A DNA stretch of 64,000 nucleotides from Tubiluchus corallicola (Eukaryota > Animalia > Priapulida). A program made the translations under genes and the position numbers. The stretch's first letter is position 1, and each line of letters starts with the position of its first letter. Shown here piece by piece: positions 13,241-46,752 of the stretch. The stretch lies in NCBI GenBank assembly GCA_030141605.1, contig JAQGDQ010000257.1:124001-188000 (forward strand), read 5' to 3'. The notes beneath the pieces are model-generated. The model was not told where the DNA came from. It worked only from the letters and a program-made list of their open reading frames with translations, and searched no databases.

Positions 13241-14906
13241 CATTTACATTTGTGTAATATAAAATATCAAAATTTTATATTAAAATATTGTATACATATA
13301 TTGTTGGTTTTGCTTTTTACATTTTCAAGCTATAACGGTACTGTAATTATTACATGTTTTATTGTTTTTGCTGGTCGCCACATAAATTTACTAAAAAGAT
13401 GAGTTGTAGCAAGTGATTGTAAAGGTGTACAATTGCGATTACAAACAAGGTGCTCATAATGTCTTTTACTGTGGACTGCAGAGCTATTGAAGACTACGTA
13501 AAACTAGTAATCAGAAACCGCAAAAAAAACCTTATCAAAGGAGTTGTAGAAATTTGAGTTTTCACTTCACACTGTATTCAAAGCAATACAGCAATGCTAC
13601 AATGAAATAATTAAAAGGTGTGCTTTCTATTAATTCTAAATGCATTTTATTTGGTGGAGTCTCCACTTCACAATCGTATGTAATTGAATCCTTTATACAA
13701 TTCCTCTATTACATATAGCCATTGTCATACTGTTGAATAAAAGTACACAGTAACTACAGTTAATTACTTGCACACAGCATTAAAACATAAAGTTAACGTT
13801 AATGTTTCATTCTTATTGGTACTTGATTTGAAGGAATCTATTATAATTTAAAGGAAAACTGGATCTGATCTTAAACTGCATGTCAAAACAATTTACTCTT
13901 TAAAATATTGAAAGGAAACATGGCATTTTTTTCAAAAATGACTTGCGTGAAAAAATTATTGCCACATAAATGCAATAACCACTAATTCTTTGCTGTTACA
14001 TCCATTTCGCCATTCGCCAGTTAGACCAGCATTAGTTCCTGCATTTCAGAAATGAGTTGCTGAAAAAACAGGTGTTGTACCTGTCACTTCAGAGGTATTC
14101 GTTTCTGACATACTGCAAACATTCGATAGCTCATGTGTGAGCACAGCGGTAAATTTGAATTTTTGACTTTTAGTACAACACACAGTATCTCTTACAGTAG
14201 TACTGTACTTGAATTTTTGCTTTCGAAACACGTTCATGGAGCGTTTTTGCTGTTGAAAATTAAGTTAGTTTGTGATGTTATTATGTGAAGTGAAAATTAA
14301 GTTAGATTAGTCAGCACCAGTGATGCCATTAATTAAGATTTTAATATTTGATTTACTTATCAGAAACGCTTTTGCATTATTGCTGGAGTTAAAATGTATA
14401 CTTTTTACAGGTACTTGAAGATGCGATAGAATATGAAAAATCATCCCGTCTTCCTTTAATTAATGGTTACATTGACATGCTAGTCAAAGTTGAGCATCTG
14501 AAGGCTACAAGACACAACAGGAATGCTGTGTTACAGTACGCTGAGAATAAGTAAATTTTCAAACTGTAAACTGGTGCATGCAAAACTATTCTTACTCATT
14601 TCTCGCTAGACAACTTGCGGCTTTCAAATCTTTAAAGCATCAACTACCTGTCTAAGCCTATTTAGCAAAATGGGTACTTGAATATTGAATTGCACTGTTC
14701 CATGGAAATGAACAACATTTCCTAGCAAAATCTGTGTATGATCTACATAATTTCTCAGTGACAAAGTTGTGTGTACACGATAAGCTCAACTGGTTATTAC
14801 GAAACAATTTAATAGAGATGGTACATAATCATGACATTTAAGTTAATAATAATAATCAATTTGATAGTTCAATTAATCTAATTGCAACTGTAAATGAAGT
14901 CAATAC

Positions 14907-15341
14907 ATAGATCGCAGAACGTCAATCAACCAGCGGGAGTCCACCTCGCAATGACCAATAAGGCGTTTTCATTTAGCGCTTACTGTTCTTCGAATGTTGG
15001 TGCCTAAGATTGTTGGGGGCTTTACTCACATGCCCAGCCACATTTGCACTTAAAGCCTATACGAAATATACAGGTAAAGCGTGTGTTCATGATTATTTTG
15101 CTTTTTTCTTGCCATAAAAAACCTTGTGCAGCTAAAATTCGTTAATAGTGGTGAAGAGTTGTGCTTGGGACACGTGTAATGTGGGTGTTCGCTATTCAGA
15201 AAGATTAGAAGTTGGACTTATAAGTTTCTCCAACCTAAAAAAAGACTTGAGACAAGTGTCACCGTTGAGTCAGAGCACGCGGGAGGCCACATGAACAGCT
15301 CAACACATTAAAAAGTAACGAAAATGCCACTTGCGATCTAT
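14907..15341. mobile_element. Putative MITE with short TIRs
   Basis: atagatcgca ... tgcgatctat 10-bp inverted termini around a GC-richer block. Confidence 0.45.
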
Positions 15342-15544
15342 CTATTTTGTGCAGTACTTCTACTGATAGGGAGCATGAGGAGTAGGCTGCCAGATTTACA
15401 ACATACAGACAAAAATGTTCAAATTCTTTTTTCTCTAACTAACAGCTCAATTTACTTATGCTGTGATGCTGTCACGATGAAGGGTTAAGCGACCACACTC
15501 ATATTTTTCCACGAAGTAATTGTCAGTTAAAGATTTTTTACATT

Positions 15545-15790
15545 ACTAGGGTTGGTAGGGCTATCACTATGGCAGGCAGATTATTCCATTCTGTCACCAC
15601 TCTCACAGTAGTTAAATATTCACGAATGTCGAGACATAACCGCTCTTTAAACTGTGCCCTCTAGTTCTTGAATCGACAAGTAAATTAAGAAAATTTCTCA
15701 GGCAAAATGTTCTTGTCCCTAATCAGTATTTTATGAACCTCAATAAGATCTCAACAGTGTCTTCTTAATTTAAGTGTAGTCAAATTACAA
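15545..15790 (-). mobile_element. CR1/L2-like LINE 3' ORF2 fragment (decayed)
   Basis: Minus-strand remnants RTRGHSLK...VRVVTEWNNLP, typical of the CR1-clade ORF2 C-terminus. Confidence 0.7.
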
Positions 15791-16604
15791 TAGTTTGTTT
15801 TTTGTGTCTAAGCTAATTTAAAAAGCAGAGAAAAAATCTGCTTGGTAGCTGTCCTCAGAATCATTCTGCAGCTAACAATAATTTACTACATCTCACTGCA
15901 TATGTTTGGATCTTTAGGTCAGCAGAAAATGTTGACTCTTCTTATTCTTACATACGACTGTCATACTGTATGTCACTGCATGTATTTAGATAGTTAGTTT
16001 AACAGCAATGTTTACTCTCTTACACACTGTGAACCATGAGATTTTGGTTTAAAACACAGTGGCTTAACTACGGACTTGCCGGCCCTATAGTTGAAGAGGA
16101 ATCGTGTGTTCAGGTGGCCCTTGGCCGTGAACAAGAGCCGCCCAAGGTAGCAAGCAAAATAAATCACAAAAAGAATTAAAGCAAAGCTGAGACAACTTTA
16201 AAGCTAATCTTAAAAATTTTAGAACATCCGCAAAATTTGTTTTTAAATAATAGGGGCCTACTGGATTATTTTGCAGGGGCGCCAAAAACATAGTTATGCT
16301 AGCATGTATTCAAAATTGCTTGCTTTTTCACAAAATAGTTACATTTAGTAAAAAGAATCTTTTAAATTCACAACTTCACTTGTTAACAGTCACATCATGT
16401 AACTTAGTCGAAGTTACAGGAACGATTGGCTGTTAACTAAACTTACTCATTTCCTTATGCCTCTAAAATGAAATATAAATTTATAGGATAGCTAACATAT
16501 ATACACATTTGTTACTTGTTATCTACACTAACGGTATACAATCTGTGTGTTACATACTAATGATATCACAATTCGCTTAGGCCGCTAACATAAATCACAC
16601 ATTG

Positions 16605-19600
16605 CTAGTCGCTGAAAGACGCGTCACTCTCATGACCTAAATCTGAGTCATCACTACCAGTGTTTCTTCCAGGCTCCATAGGAGGCGCTGGTGCATTAGG
16701 AGTCCTGAAAGTAGAAAAATCTGTTACGGTGAAGAAATTCTTGGAATAACGATGGCATAACAATGTACTTGCAGTGCCTAGAGTTAAAGATGGGCTCATA
16801 TAGGAAAGGGGACCCTGCACATAAATGAAATAATTGTAACTCGTGGCAAACTAGCCTACAAGACGACCCTCGTTCAAAACATGTTCGCATATTATGAAAA
16901 ACAGTAATTATAATTAACGCCACAGTCCATCTAACTGTGCTCCCCCCCCCCAAAAAAAACTAAGTGCCAAGTCAACTGCTGGATAGTTTTTAAGCCCATA
17001 GATGGATAGTTGTCATAGCAGCAGACTGCATGAAAACTGTACTTTACTTGCAGTGGCATAGCATGGGGTGCGGACCACACAGGGCACCACTTTGTGGGGC
17101 AGCCAATTTTGGACAGTGATGGCAGACAGTACAGCACTATTGGTGTTTACTCAGACAATTACTGTACGATATTTTCGTCGAAGCAAGTCTAAAGTACAAA
17201 AAATAACAAGATTTTGAATTGTAATTTTGCACTAATGCCATCTCATACGTTTATATTTATATCATTACGTTCTTCCTTAATACGATTTATATCCTTTACG
17301 ATGATTATACATTGCAAATGTTAGCAGTACTCAATGGTATGGCTGCCTGCTTTTAAGGACATTTATATACTTACATTTAAGGACAGGGATTGCCAATTTA
17401 GTTGCTACTAAAACCTATGCTATGCCACTGTTTCACTATTGGACTATTAGTTTGCTAACAAGGTTTACTGTAAATCAGATAATGGAAAATGGCAGCTATT
17501 ATGCCAAAGTATTAGCTAATGTTATGATTATTGCATATTTTACTACAGAACTATAACAAATATACAGTACATAGCAGTGACAGGAATTACATTTACCACT
17601 TAGACTTCTGCTAAAGCACTTAGGCTTTAGTATGCAATGTTGCAAAAATACTTACTCTAATAATGATGCATCTAAGTCTGGCTCTTCGACCCTTATTTTT
17701 GCTTGTATTGCTCCTAAAGGCACACCCTGCGAATACATTCATTTATGATAAGTGATACGACAATACATCCTGAAAATTAGTTTACATGTAAACAAATATA
17801 AACTTTAGTGACATTATAATCATGCATTGCATAGAGCAAGCTAGTAAAAAACTTATAAAACTAAAATGTATGTAATCTCACTTGGTAATCCATGCAAAAT
17901 CAATTACCAGATAAAAAGAAATAAAGCAATAATCATTTAGCTACTTTTTTCAATGAGAATTTTTTTGGAAATATGTTCTAATCTGAAATTCTAATAAAAC
18001 ATTTGAAGATTGGAGCTAAAGTGCATTTATAGGTTTCAATGTCAAAATTAGCAATTTTTGCAACCACTTGTCCTTAAAAACAAATACAGCTTGTCAATTA
18101 ATTTTTAGGTTCAAATCACAAAGAAGAATTTTCTAATCTCAAAAAAGGAACAACTACATTCCAGATGGGATTCATTCATTCGTCTGTTTCTTGGTCACTT
18201 GCCTCTCTCTTCCAATCCTTTTTTCTGTTGCTGTTTTTCTTTTTCTTTCATCTTCACCTTTTCTTGTTTTTACATACAAGACGGAACATATATTCTCAAA
18301 ATTATGTAAGCTACAAAACTTCTCATGCTACAGGTAAAACAGTGAGATCTTAGTTCAGTCGACACAAATATCTGAGAAGTTCAGAAGTTCACACTTAGTA
18401 GTTCTCAGCAATAAGCAACAAACAGTGCAATAATGCTAATTTTGCAGAAAGCTGGAGGCAGTTCAAAACAAGTTTTTTAGATAAAAAATAAAGCAATAAA
18501 GACATACAAATTGTAACATTTTGAAATATTTTGCATATCGTGGATCCTTTGAGACAGTATTGGTTGAAGCTTGAGTTTGTTCAGATTCCTGTGAAGCTGT
18601 GGCTTGTTCAGTTTCGGGTGGCACAGAACTGGTTTGTGCAGCTTCTGTCACTGGTTGTTCTGTATTTGTATTTACTGCAACCGCTGGAGTCGCTTGTGTC
18701 GCAGAGGAGACAGTTTCTAACCCAGGAATTGAAGCTAACTAAAAAGAAAGTGATGCAGGAATATTATGCCTTGGTTGTGTACAAGGTTCCTCCTATTTTT
18801 AATTTCTGTGGAATTTGATCAAAAAATTTGTACAATATTGCAATTTCTACATACAAAATGAACTAAACTTCTACAACTTGTTTCACCTTATCTTTGAAAC
18901 AGCACAAAACATGCAGTTTAAACCAATAATTAATATCTACATTGCTACAACAATACAAAGAGGCAATAATTTGCATGTCTCACAGCAGATACCTCTGTTG
19001 CTTATCTGCGGTAAAATAATAATCAGCTGAAGCTTTAAGCTTTCTTATCTGAATTTTTGTTACAACATATAGCTTACGCATTTACCTACTTTTGTTTCTA
19101 ACAAAATCATGGCAGTCTCCAATCTCTGAATGCGCAGATGAAGATCACCAAGTTTTTCTTCACAGATGCAAGAAAAGTGATTCAAGAAATTAACAGAATA
19201 AGAAACAAAATGGTTTATGTAAACTAATAGACGTTCATGGTTAATCGCAGCTGCCTATAAAAAATAAAGAAATAAAGTTAGTAATAAATAATCACATTAC
19301 ACAAATGAACTGTAAAGATGATATCCACTCTACTAGGCAGATTATTATAACAACAATAAAAACAATGGCCAACAGGTACGAAAAATATGTGCACCTCATT
19401 ATGTTTAACAAGTAGATAATAAGACAGTAGGCCTCGGCAACTTTTGAACTGTAGAAATAAGCTCCAACATTGTAACTACCTAGTTGTAATATAAATGATG
19501 TGGTACGTACGTGGTCAACAATAACTTTAGGAATGCTAGTCTTAAACACAGTTATTGAATACAACACAGTTAGTGAATACTACTTTCAATTTAGTCAGGT

Positions 19601-20344
19601 TATTGAAGTCAAGCCAGTCTACATTATTTAGATCTACTTTACATGGTGCAATGTATTTGTTGCCCGGTGGTAAGCTTTTCGTTTTGTGTGTCATTCCTTT
19701 TTTCGTTTTGTGTGTCATTCCAATTACTACTTTAAGGACACATAAGGCATTAGTCTGAACTACATAATTAAACTGTATCTAAAGTGTTCTCTTACTTAAA
19801 GGCATTTATATCTACATATATCACTTGTATCACATGTTGGCTTGTTTGTCCAGTTAACCAATTTGATACATGACTCTTTTGACATGGAAATACTAGTTCG
19901 TAAAATATCCTATAAACTCCATTGCATTCAATATCCATATTATTACATTAAGCTATATTATCCAGCTATAGTTAAATAAAGGTACGCAAATTGAGTGAAA
20001 AAGAAAATCTGAAGGAGAAATGTCACTTCTGAAAACCTTCCCAATGCCGTAGCAGTTTAAGAAAATTTCTTTCCTGAACAAATGTTTTGGTAGTCTGTAA
20101 TTCAAACAGACTGGGAATCTTCAGGCATGAACGAAGCAATAAATAAGTTAACGCAAAGAGATAAAGCAATTTTGACGGAAAATGTTCCTCTTTGGGCCGT
20201 CAATAAAAATTTTAAGTGGGAAAGAAGAGACTGGAAATTTCAGGTAAACATTCAACACTTTCACGATCATATTACAAATTTGGTAAAGCCTACCTTAGTA
20301 AAATCGACACCGTGCCCTACTATTGGAAGTCCATCCGAATCCAT
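16605..20344 (-). CDS. WASHC3: WASH complex subunit 3 (CCDC53), ~205 aa
   Basis: Exons 20344-20294 (MDSDGLPIVGHGVDFTK), 19254-19090 (..YINHFVSYSVNFLNHFSCICEEKLGDLHLRIQRLETAMILLETK), 18738-18508 (LASIPGLE..VSKDPRYAKYFKMLQF), 17726-17656 (GVPLGAIQAKI..LDASLL), 16704-16605 (TPNAPAP..ESDASFSD-stop); all GT-AG, total 618 nt; matches CCDC53 family motifs. Confidence 0.95.
17051..17430. mobile_element. hAT-like MITE in a WASHC3 intron
   Basis: Perfect 14-bp TIRs cagtggcatagcat / atgctatgccactg. Confidence 0.75.
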
Positions 20345-20817
20345 ATCACGACTTATAACCAAGCTAAAAATAAGTACATGTACAAACCTAAAAATGTGAG
20401 CAAACATTCAGAAACCATTCAGTGACACACAATTTTTACTACATCACGTAAGTATATTTTTCAATTTGGTTTAACAAAATCATGAACACCTTTCTTAAAT
20501 CGGTTATTTCCACTTGTAACTTGTGACAATTATTATAAGCAATCACTTGTAACAACATCAATTGAGACACCTGCTGCATAATTAGCTTTGATTTTATCAC
20601 AATACGTTACATGAAAACAAATGCTTTGTAGTGTCTTAATTGTTCATCCCTACACATTGGACATAAAAAATATTTATAAAGCAGTTCTTGAAGTTTACTT
20701 TAACTTTCACCATATTTAGCCTTAACCCCATTATTTTCTCAAAAGTCAAAGAAACTTTAATTTTGTGCTCAAGTGTAAACTTGCTTGTGAAGTCTAAGAG
20801 ATCTAACCATAAGATGG

Positions 20818-21380
20818 TTATTGATGGTCTCTCCTCAGCAGTTTGCGAAATTGCGGCAGATTTGATGCATCAACTGTTTCACTATTAAGTGAATTCCAAG
20901 GGCCCATAACACGAGCGTGGAAGAAATGGACTCTGATATTAGTGCAAGAATATTGTACATATAATTTAAGATTGTGTCCATGTAAATCACACAGTAGTGA
21001 TTTAGAAAAAAATTTGTCGCTACGCAAAATAGAACTACCACTAATGACTTTATAACAGTGAGTAACATCTATGGTATCACGGCATTGTTCAAGAGAAGAT
21101 ACAGAGTCAGGCTGAATATCAGAGACCAGACTAATACAACTCCATTGAGTCCTTTCTAAAGAATTTTTAAGAGTAACATACTGTGCTGACGAAACAACCC
21201 ACACATAATCAAGGATTGGTCTAAATACAGCTTTATAAAACCGTACAATAACTTGCACTAAACAGCACTACATGATGAAATGCAGCGCTTTATCATTCCA
21301 ATGCGTCTATTGGCCTGAGAAATAATATGTCCACTATGTGAGCTCCACTTCAGTTTGTTTGAGATTAATACTCCAAAGAA
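20818..21380 (-). mobile_element. CR1/L2-like LINE reverse-transcriptase 3' fragment in the first (5' UTR) intron of WASHC3
   Basis: ORF 20818..21258: FYKAVFRPILDY..W....LERTQ...LHGHNLKL...FFHARVMGPWNSL, hallmark of CR1-clade ORF2 C-termini. Confidence 0.85.
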
Positions 21381-21525
21381 CGTACAACTGATTTTTCTTC
21401 AATAACCCCATCTCTCACATAACAAGGTGTACCCACCATTTTCTTGCAATCATTTTGTACGAACTAGATGAAACTTTCGCCTGTTCGATAAATACCCACA
21501 TGTGAAAAATCTCATTAGGACTTAC

Positions 21526-21870
21526 CAGAACAAGTAGATTGTATTTATCTTAAATATCGAAAACCTAAGCAATAACCATACAGAAAACCAAAGTTTCAAA
21601 GCAGGAAATGAAGCTGCGTTGAAATTGCATAGTCGGTGGCTACGCCATCCGAAGATAACCGAAGTTTTCCGATCAGATAGCGTTGCGCGCGAAAAACACG
21701 TTGCTGAGCAACGGTTACCGCCCAGTATATAACAATGCGCGTGTTTGGAATGCGCTTAAATCTTTGTTGAGTTTGCTTGGCCAGGTTGTGGAAGTTTTAG
21801 AATTGGAATTGTATCGATTTGCATCGGAAAATAACACTGCTGTACTAAAGATTTCTTAAGCTAAAGAGCA
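21526..21870. promoter_or_regulatory. Bidirectional promoter region between WASHC3 (putative non-coding first exon, donor at 21525) and beta-tubulin; X-box GTTGCTGAGCAAC 21700-21712, E2F-like GCGCGCGAAAAA 21685-21696, TATA-like TATATAA 21726
   Basis: Locally CpG-rich block between divergent genes; motifs read directly from the sequence; minus-strand GTAAG donor at 21521-21525. Confidence 0.65.
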
Positions 21871-26831
<4,961 letters not shown>

Positions 26832-27791
26832 AATGAAAGAAGTGATTACCATTTTAATTGTGTATGAACAGTTAAGAATTTGTAACTTTTTGTAAACGGA
26901 TTTAGCTGTCAAACTTCAATTTTATAAATAAAAAATAGTATAAGAAAACACATGACCTTGTTACGTGGCATATGATAATGTTATGCAGTTAATTAAACTA
27001 ATTACGCTTACTATTTCTATAGCATTAATTTGAAACTTGCACTGTGTACTGTATTTAGCATGTTGAATAAACTGCTGCACTGCATGTAAAGGTGGGACAG
27101 CAACAAGTTATTGTGAGCAAACTCGTTTGGTCTTCTATACATTTGCCTCCACAAAATACATGTAACTAGATGTCTCTGATGTCTATAACTTATACAAAGT
27201 ATAAATTAAGAATCACTGGTAGGAATTTGGAAGTGGTGCTGACAAGTTCTGGCATAGCAGTATCTAGGTTTTTTTGCTGGATTTGTTTTCTTTACCAGTT
27301 TTGAGGGCAGATTTCTTTTATTTTACAGTTCTGCCTGCCAACACTGGTGTTATGTTGTTTTTGTGTAGAAATATAAGAATACAGTACAGGAGCAGAGACT
27401 AACAAGTTCGACTTGAACTATTGGTCGAGGAGTTTGATGAACTCAAGATGGTGGATTAAAAATTTTAATAGTTACAAATACAGACCCATTTTCAGCTCTG
27501 GTGTACCGTGTACGGCACAATCTTCAGGAGTAATGCCACCGATAATGGAGGTATAACAAATGAAATTGATCTGATTATGAAGGATGATGAGTGTTCTTGT
27601 TTTGGTGTTACTTTTGTCATTATTTAATTAACAAACGTGTACTCATGACCGCCTACCCAATAACACAAGGTTGAATCAGGCACCATTGAAGACCTGGGCC
27701 GTCTTCATTATTGAAATTTTATTCATTCTTTTCAACAAATAAACGCTATATAAACAACGTCGTAGCCTATGAAACAATGCCAGAATTCAAT

Positions 27792-41032
<13,241 letters not shown>

Positions 41033-41239
41033 GTTCTTTACAATTCACCTCAGGTCAAAAACAAGCATATTTGGTGTGACAAATGCAATTGCGTTAAAAG
41101 GGACCAGTCTAAGATCCAATCAATGTCAACTTTGTAAAATAATACTAGAACATTATACATAAATAGTCCTCCTTTTTGTAGATATATTAAAACAGGTACA
41201 ATGTACATTATTTTTTACATTCAAGAAACTTCAGCCTGT

Positions 41240-41481
41240 AAGGTATGTTGTGTCGTTATATATTGGTCTATTACGCACACACACAGATCTTACATGCTCA
41301 TGCACACGAGCCTCACGTGCTGCACAAGCGTTAAGGCATCAGCAATCATACTCTAATAAAAATTAACCTGGCGGCTAGTTAGTTGAAGGAGACACAGAAA
41401 AGTTGGGGAAACTCGGGATTTGAACGTACGACCTAACGACTTCAGGTCGCACGCTTTACATCCTCTGTCATTTCGGCTACT
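41240..41481 (-). mobile_element. tRNA-derived SINE upstream of protease paralog A
   Basis: Minus-strand head gccgaaatgacagaggatgtaaagcgtgcgacctgaagtcgttaggtcgtacGTTCAAATCCcgag with degenerate A box and B box; acceptor stem does not pair. Confidence 0.55.
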
Positions 41482-43104
41482 CGTTAAAACAGTATAGCAG
41501 GTATGAAATCTTATCCTCGCTACACACCGTCAATCAGAGCCACCAATTGGATTCTAGTGGTTTTTCACACCATTTTGGTAACACCTTATTTTTTATTTTT
41601 CGCAATAAAGCAGAGGCATTTAGAAAAGAACAGTTTGCTTGTTGTAGCAATATAATGTGGATATTATAGGATTCGGTTGGTCTTCAAAACAAAAATGCTT
41701 TTCACTTACCAGCAAATAAAACGACTTTGGTGCTCCGAAGGCAAACATTTGCTTTACAGACGTTTGTTTGTTTGTGTGGTGACATACATGTCGTAACTGG
41801 ATGTACATAGACTTACGACTAGAGAGAGAAACTCAAATGGGCGCCTACTAAAGTTGTTTCCATTCAGCTTCGATGATGTAGCTTCCGAGTCCCGAGCAGA
41901 ATATCAAACGTTGTCAATTATCGTGGTGTTAAATTTCATGACAACATGTTTGATAATTTGCTTAGGACCAGGTCACCCAGAACTGGGCTATAGGCCTTGT
42001 TGAGCCTATTATAGTCGTTATGTAATTTCTTGAGCTTTGTTAATGGTTAGCAACGACCCAGAAAGGGGTCTAAAATAATGATTTCAGGGGCGTTCGTTGT
42101 CATGGTTTTGTGTATTTCTGTCAAAATTTCAAAATTTAGTTCTTCCACCATTCATAGAATCTATTGCCTGGCTTTAAATAGTTCTTTGCTAAAATGCATT
42201 CGAGGCTGCTAACTCAATTCCTAACAGTCTCGTTGCTTACACAAGATTTTCCTAATTCTTGTGTTAACTTATTACACCAAGAAATCCGTCTTTATCTAAG
42301 TCTCACAATTGACATTTTTCGATGATATACAGTCCCCAGAGAAAGAATGCCTACGCGTTATATGAGAACGTTATATAGGCTAATGTGATGGGTTACAACC
42401 TACAAGTTAAAATATGAGATTTATTGGAAACATTGGATTCATTTTAACATTTTTCGTAGTTCCCTGTCTCCTACGTTTTTGTGTGTGGACACTTGATCTT
42501 TCGTACTAAAAAGGGATGGTCTTCAAGTCTTGTCCACACCTATCTCTGATATTCACATAACCTATTTCGGTAGATACATAAACCTATAATGAACACACAC
42601 GCGCATGCGCACAGACGCAACTAAACGCCCTCCAAAGCATAGACTATCGTCGACGTGGATCATAGAATTCTTACAAAATAATTAAAGGCAAGTAAGATAA
42701 AAATAAGCGGATTTATTATTTATGTATTTAGCCATGAAAACCTAGTTAAACCACTTCAAAAAAATAAAAGAAAACAATGATCGTATCAAATACTATACTA
42801 ATACTGACTGTGTTAATTTTACAATAACTAGTTTTGATAAAATTCGATTGTTAATTTGTTAGGTGTTTTTTCTAGTATAAACTTTCCGTAATATCGCTCA
42901 TATAACCTGCGGAATTAGCTAAATATATGCAGAAGCACGCCCATATTAAGCTAAACTAAAATTTCAATTTTGTAATAGACCCTGACAACTAAGAAACGAA
43001 TAAGAGACCTCCCGGGCCGTTACAAGCTACATTCAGCATACCGTCTATTATAAAAAGTCCATATTTTGGACAAGAATTAATTTAAATAACAGCGACATTG
43101 TATA

Positions 43105-46100
43105 TTATTTTGATGATTTGAATTCAGGCCACGTGACATCAAGATGCAATCCACAGTTTTTGTCCTGCTCCATAGATACGCAGACATACCCATTGTCTCC
43201 CCAGTCAGTACCCCATCTGCAAGTATAAGAAAACTTGGTAAAACTTTAGTTCCAATGTCTTGACTCGAATGGATAAGGTCGAGCCAAGATGACGATAATA
43301 AGAGCCGAGACCAGTCGACCAGTTAATCGTGGTTTAATGGAGGTAACCAGATGGTTGAGATGAAGTCAACCATGAGCAACCGAAAAAGTTGACCGGGTGA
43401 GTGCATGAAATCGGTTTTCAACAAAAACATTGCAGAAAGCAGAAAAATTCGGTCGAAATAATGCTATAAGCCAGACAATTTGCTTGACTGTTAACAGATT
43501 GCTACTTAAAGGAAATGCCAAGCCTTCTAGGAGGTTAGACTTATTTCAATGTTCGCGAAAAATGTTAGAAGAATTTAGTAACAAAAGATACAATGCGTTT
43601 ACGAAAACTCACGAAGTCTCCCAGTTACGTCATGATTTTCAAGTGAATGGTGGCAACAACCACGCCTGAAAATTTCTATTCAGAGGTAGTTTTTTTAGAT
43701 TTTTGCTTTATTGGCAGTTCTCAGCAAGTAACTTGGTTATATTTTTTTCATTTTAAGTGATAACAGTAAAACAAATCCAACATACTGAGTGACTTGTTCT
43801 TTCTTTTAAGCCGGACAATTTATTGAGCCAGCAATGATGATGGCAATAATAACTGCAATGAATATTGACTGTAACTTTGACGATCAGGATGATATAATAT
43901 GATTGTTTTGATGATGATTGTGTGACTTCGACGATCAGGATGACATAATATGATTGTTTTGATGATGATTGTGGTGGTCCTGGTAAAATGGTGTTGGTGG
44001 TGTTGGTGATATTGGTGGTACAGCAGTGGCAATGGCATCTGAATGGTGATGACAATGGAAGCTGTGTTGATGTTTGTTGCGATAACGAGGTCAGTAATTG
44101 GAAATACTACTTACTGATTTTTAAGGCACCAGTATTCACCACTTACTGCGTCTTCGCCCCAAGACACCAAGGTCACTTCATGATCAAGGTCATAGATATC
44201 ATCGACTTTTGGACACTCCAGTATACCTGCAATAAAACAACCCAGTACTCACTATTGTTTCATTAATCATTGTTTATCTAATGGTGTTTGAAAATAATAG
44301 AGAACGACGCACCTCCTTTGTAGTATATAAATTCGCTGTGGGCAGCAAATATTGCCACTGCAACAGGACCTTCTTCTAGCAGGTCTTTCAATTTTTGATT
44401 TGACAAGCTTCGCCCTATTCTGATGGTGTTTACTTCGTCTTCCACACCTGACGACGGTACTCTTCTACTTCTACAAGAGCCATCCTGAACATAAAAAATA
44501 TTTCATAATCATAAGCTGCGAACCTTTTCCTTGAGTTTTTATTCATCGGATTTTTTTCGAATAGAAATTCTTTCCTACAAACCGTTACGGATGGATGCTT
44601 CAATTGTGAAAACTCAGATTAAAAACTCCGACACTTTAACTGTCGGAAACTCATTTCCGAAGTAAGAAACTTAATATTTGCTCTGTATGAATAACTGTAC
44701 AAAGTACTTAAAGGAAGAGTGCATAATTAGTTCTATAATTTCATTATGCAAGGTATATATGAAACAAAAAGTACTTAAAGGAAGAGTGCATAATTAGTTC
44801 TGTAATTTTATTATGCAAGTATGTATATATGAAACTTGTCTTATCGCATCATTAACCGTGTAATTGTTTAATGCATAGGCCTGGTGTAAAGTCTGAGGTA
44901 GAAAATAACTCGTTGGGAAAGAGCTGATGCCGTGAAAATTGACGAAGCAGGTCTTCTCCCACGTTCAGAGGCAAAGCTATCTCTAAACTTAATAAAAACA
45001 CTGTAGGTGTGGGGTTAGAAATTCCTATGATTAAATATTGAATTGTAGTATGTTTTGACGTCTATTAACACATATGTTTTCATTTACAGATTGTATGCCA
45101 CGAAGTGATAATGTAAATAAGTACATCATGATGTTTTAACTAATTTTTTTATTGCTTTCATTTGCAAATGTGTACAGGTGACGTCCCAATGAACATCAAG
45201 CACTAATAATACTTTTCGAGAACAAACTTTAGATAAAAACATTCTGCATTAATTCTTGTTCTCGACATTAACATACACTTACTCTGCCCGAGGTGCCACT
45301 TCTGTAAGGATAGCGAGCCAGTTCGGCTATTCGATCTCTTCGTGTGACGTATTGCAACGCTTCGTAACCGAAACCACCTTTGCAACCATCACGACGCCTT
45401 GTGTAGGTACAGTCGGTGAGTTCTTGCTGACTAAGAGACGGCAAAGCCCCATGCCCGGCTATGCAATATCGGTCCTCTAAAGTTTCCGCCTAAAGGACAA
45501 TAATTCGGTTTCCAGACACTTAAAGTGATAACCAGACATGTGTCATGTTTTTGAATAAAAATCGGGTTATCACGTGTATCTGAATGAATGCATGTATATA
45601 CATATACATATATATATATATCAGCAATGAAATTTTAGCCATCTACGTTTTGTGTATTTTCGTATAAGTGATGCATACTTACAGCTGAGAATGCCCAGCA
45701 ACTACCACACCGGCCCTGATCCCGAATCTCCTGTATGCAATCTGGATTTTCTTCTCTCCAGTCGAACCCTACTACATCCGTTTCCACTGCAGTTGGTGGA
45801 TCCGGGCAAACACATTCATTGTTGTCAGTTTGCCTCTTATTGCGTTTGAAATGTGCATCCACATATTTCTAAATAAAAAGGAATTTATACTTTAGTACAC
45901 AAAAGTTAAACGAAAATGTATTTCAAGCCTAAAATTTAGCAGTAGCATCAGCAGCAGCAGCACGTACCGTTAACGTGTCTTCAATGTCACCTGAGTCTAC
46001 AGAACGACGATCCCTTTCAGTTGGTGACCTAACATGTCCAGTGAACAATCGCTTTACTTCATCAGTACCCTGAAACACTCAGAAGTGTGGTCATTCAAGT

Positions 46101-46714
46101 ATCTAAGACCAAACTTACAAATTTAATAGTCAGTTTTGCAAAAACATGTTTCAAATAATCCCTGTCCTGTTCGTTCTGGTCCTGTTGTGTTCTGTCCGGT
46201 CCCGTTTTGTCCTACTCTGCCCTATCCTGTCTGTCCGGTTCTATCTTGTCCTGTCCTCTCCTGTTCTGTCCTGTTCCGTTCCGTCCGGTCCCGTCCCGTC
46301 TCGTCCTGTCCGGTCCCGTCCAATACAATCGCGTCCGGTCCCGTCCTGTCCTGATCTGTCTTGATTTAATCTGATTTACTACTAACTAGCTGTTATAGAC
46401 TTACATAATCGCTGAATTTGTTAGTTCCTGCAAAGAAATTTGTGCTGCCTCTGACAAATTTTTCATTGATTTTTCTCACTGCACCAGAGTTCTGCTCATA
46501 CAACGCCTTACGTTTTTGCAGTTCACGCCTCGATCTGTAGCTTTTACCTAAAGAAAATTAGGGGCACAGTAATTTTGTAATACAGTAGTAAAAATCTCTC
46601 ACCTTTCACTTCTAGTCATTCAACGACAATTTAATAAAGCTAAAAGTCATAAGACCCCGAAACGGACTAATTTTTTTTTCAGTATTTCGAACAACAGAAT
46701 GGAGGGGGTGCGTG

Positions 46715-46752
<38 letters not shown>

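Noticed and set aside
41405-41481. tRNA gene
   Set aside because: B box present, but acceptor and T stems do not pair and there is no poly-T terminator; better explained as a SINE head
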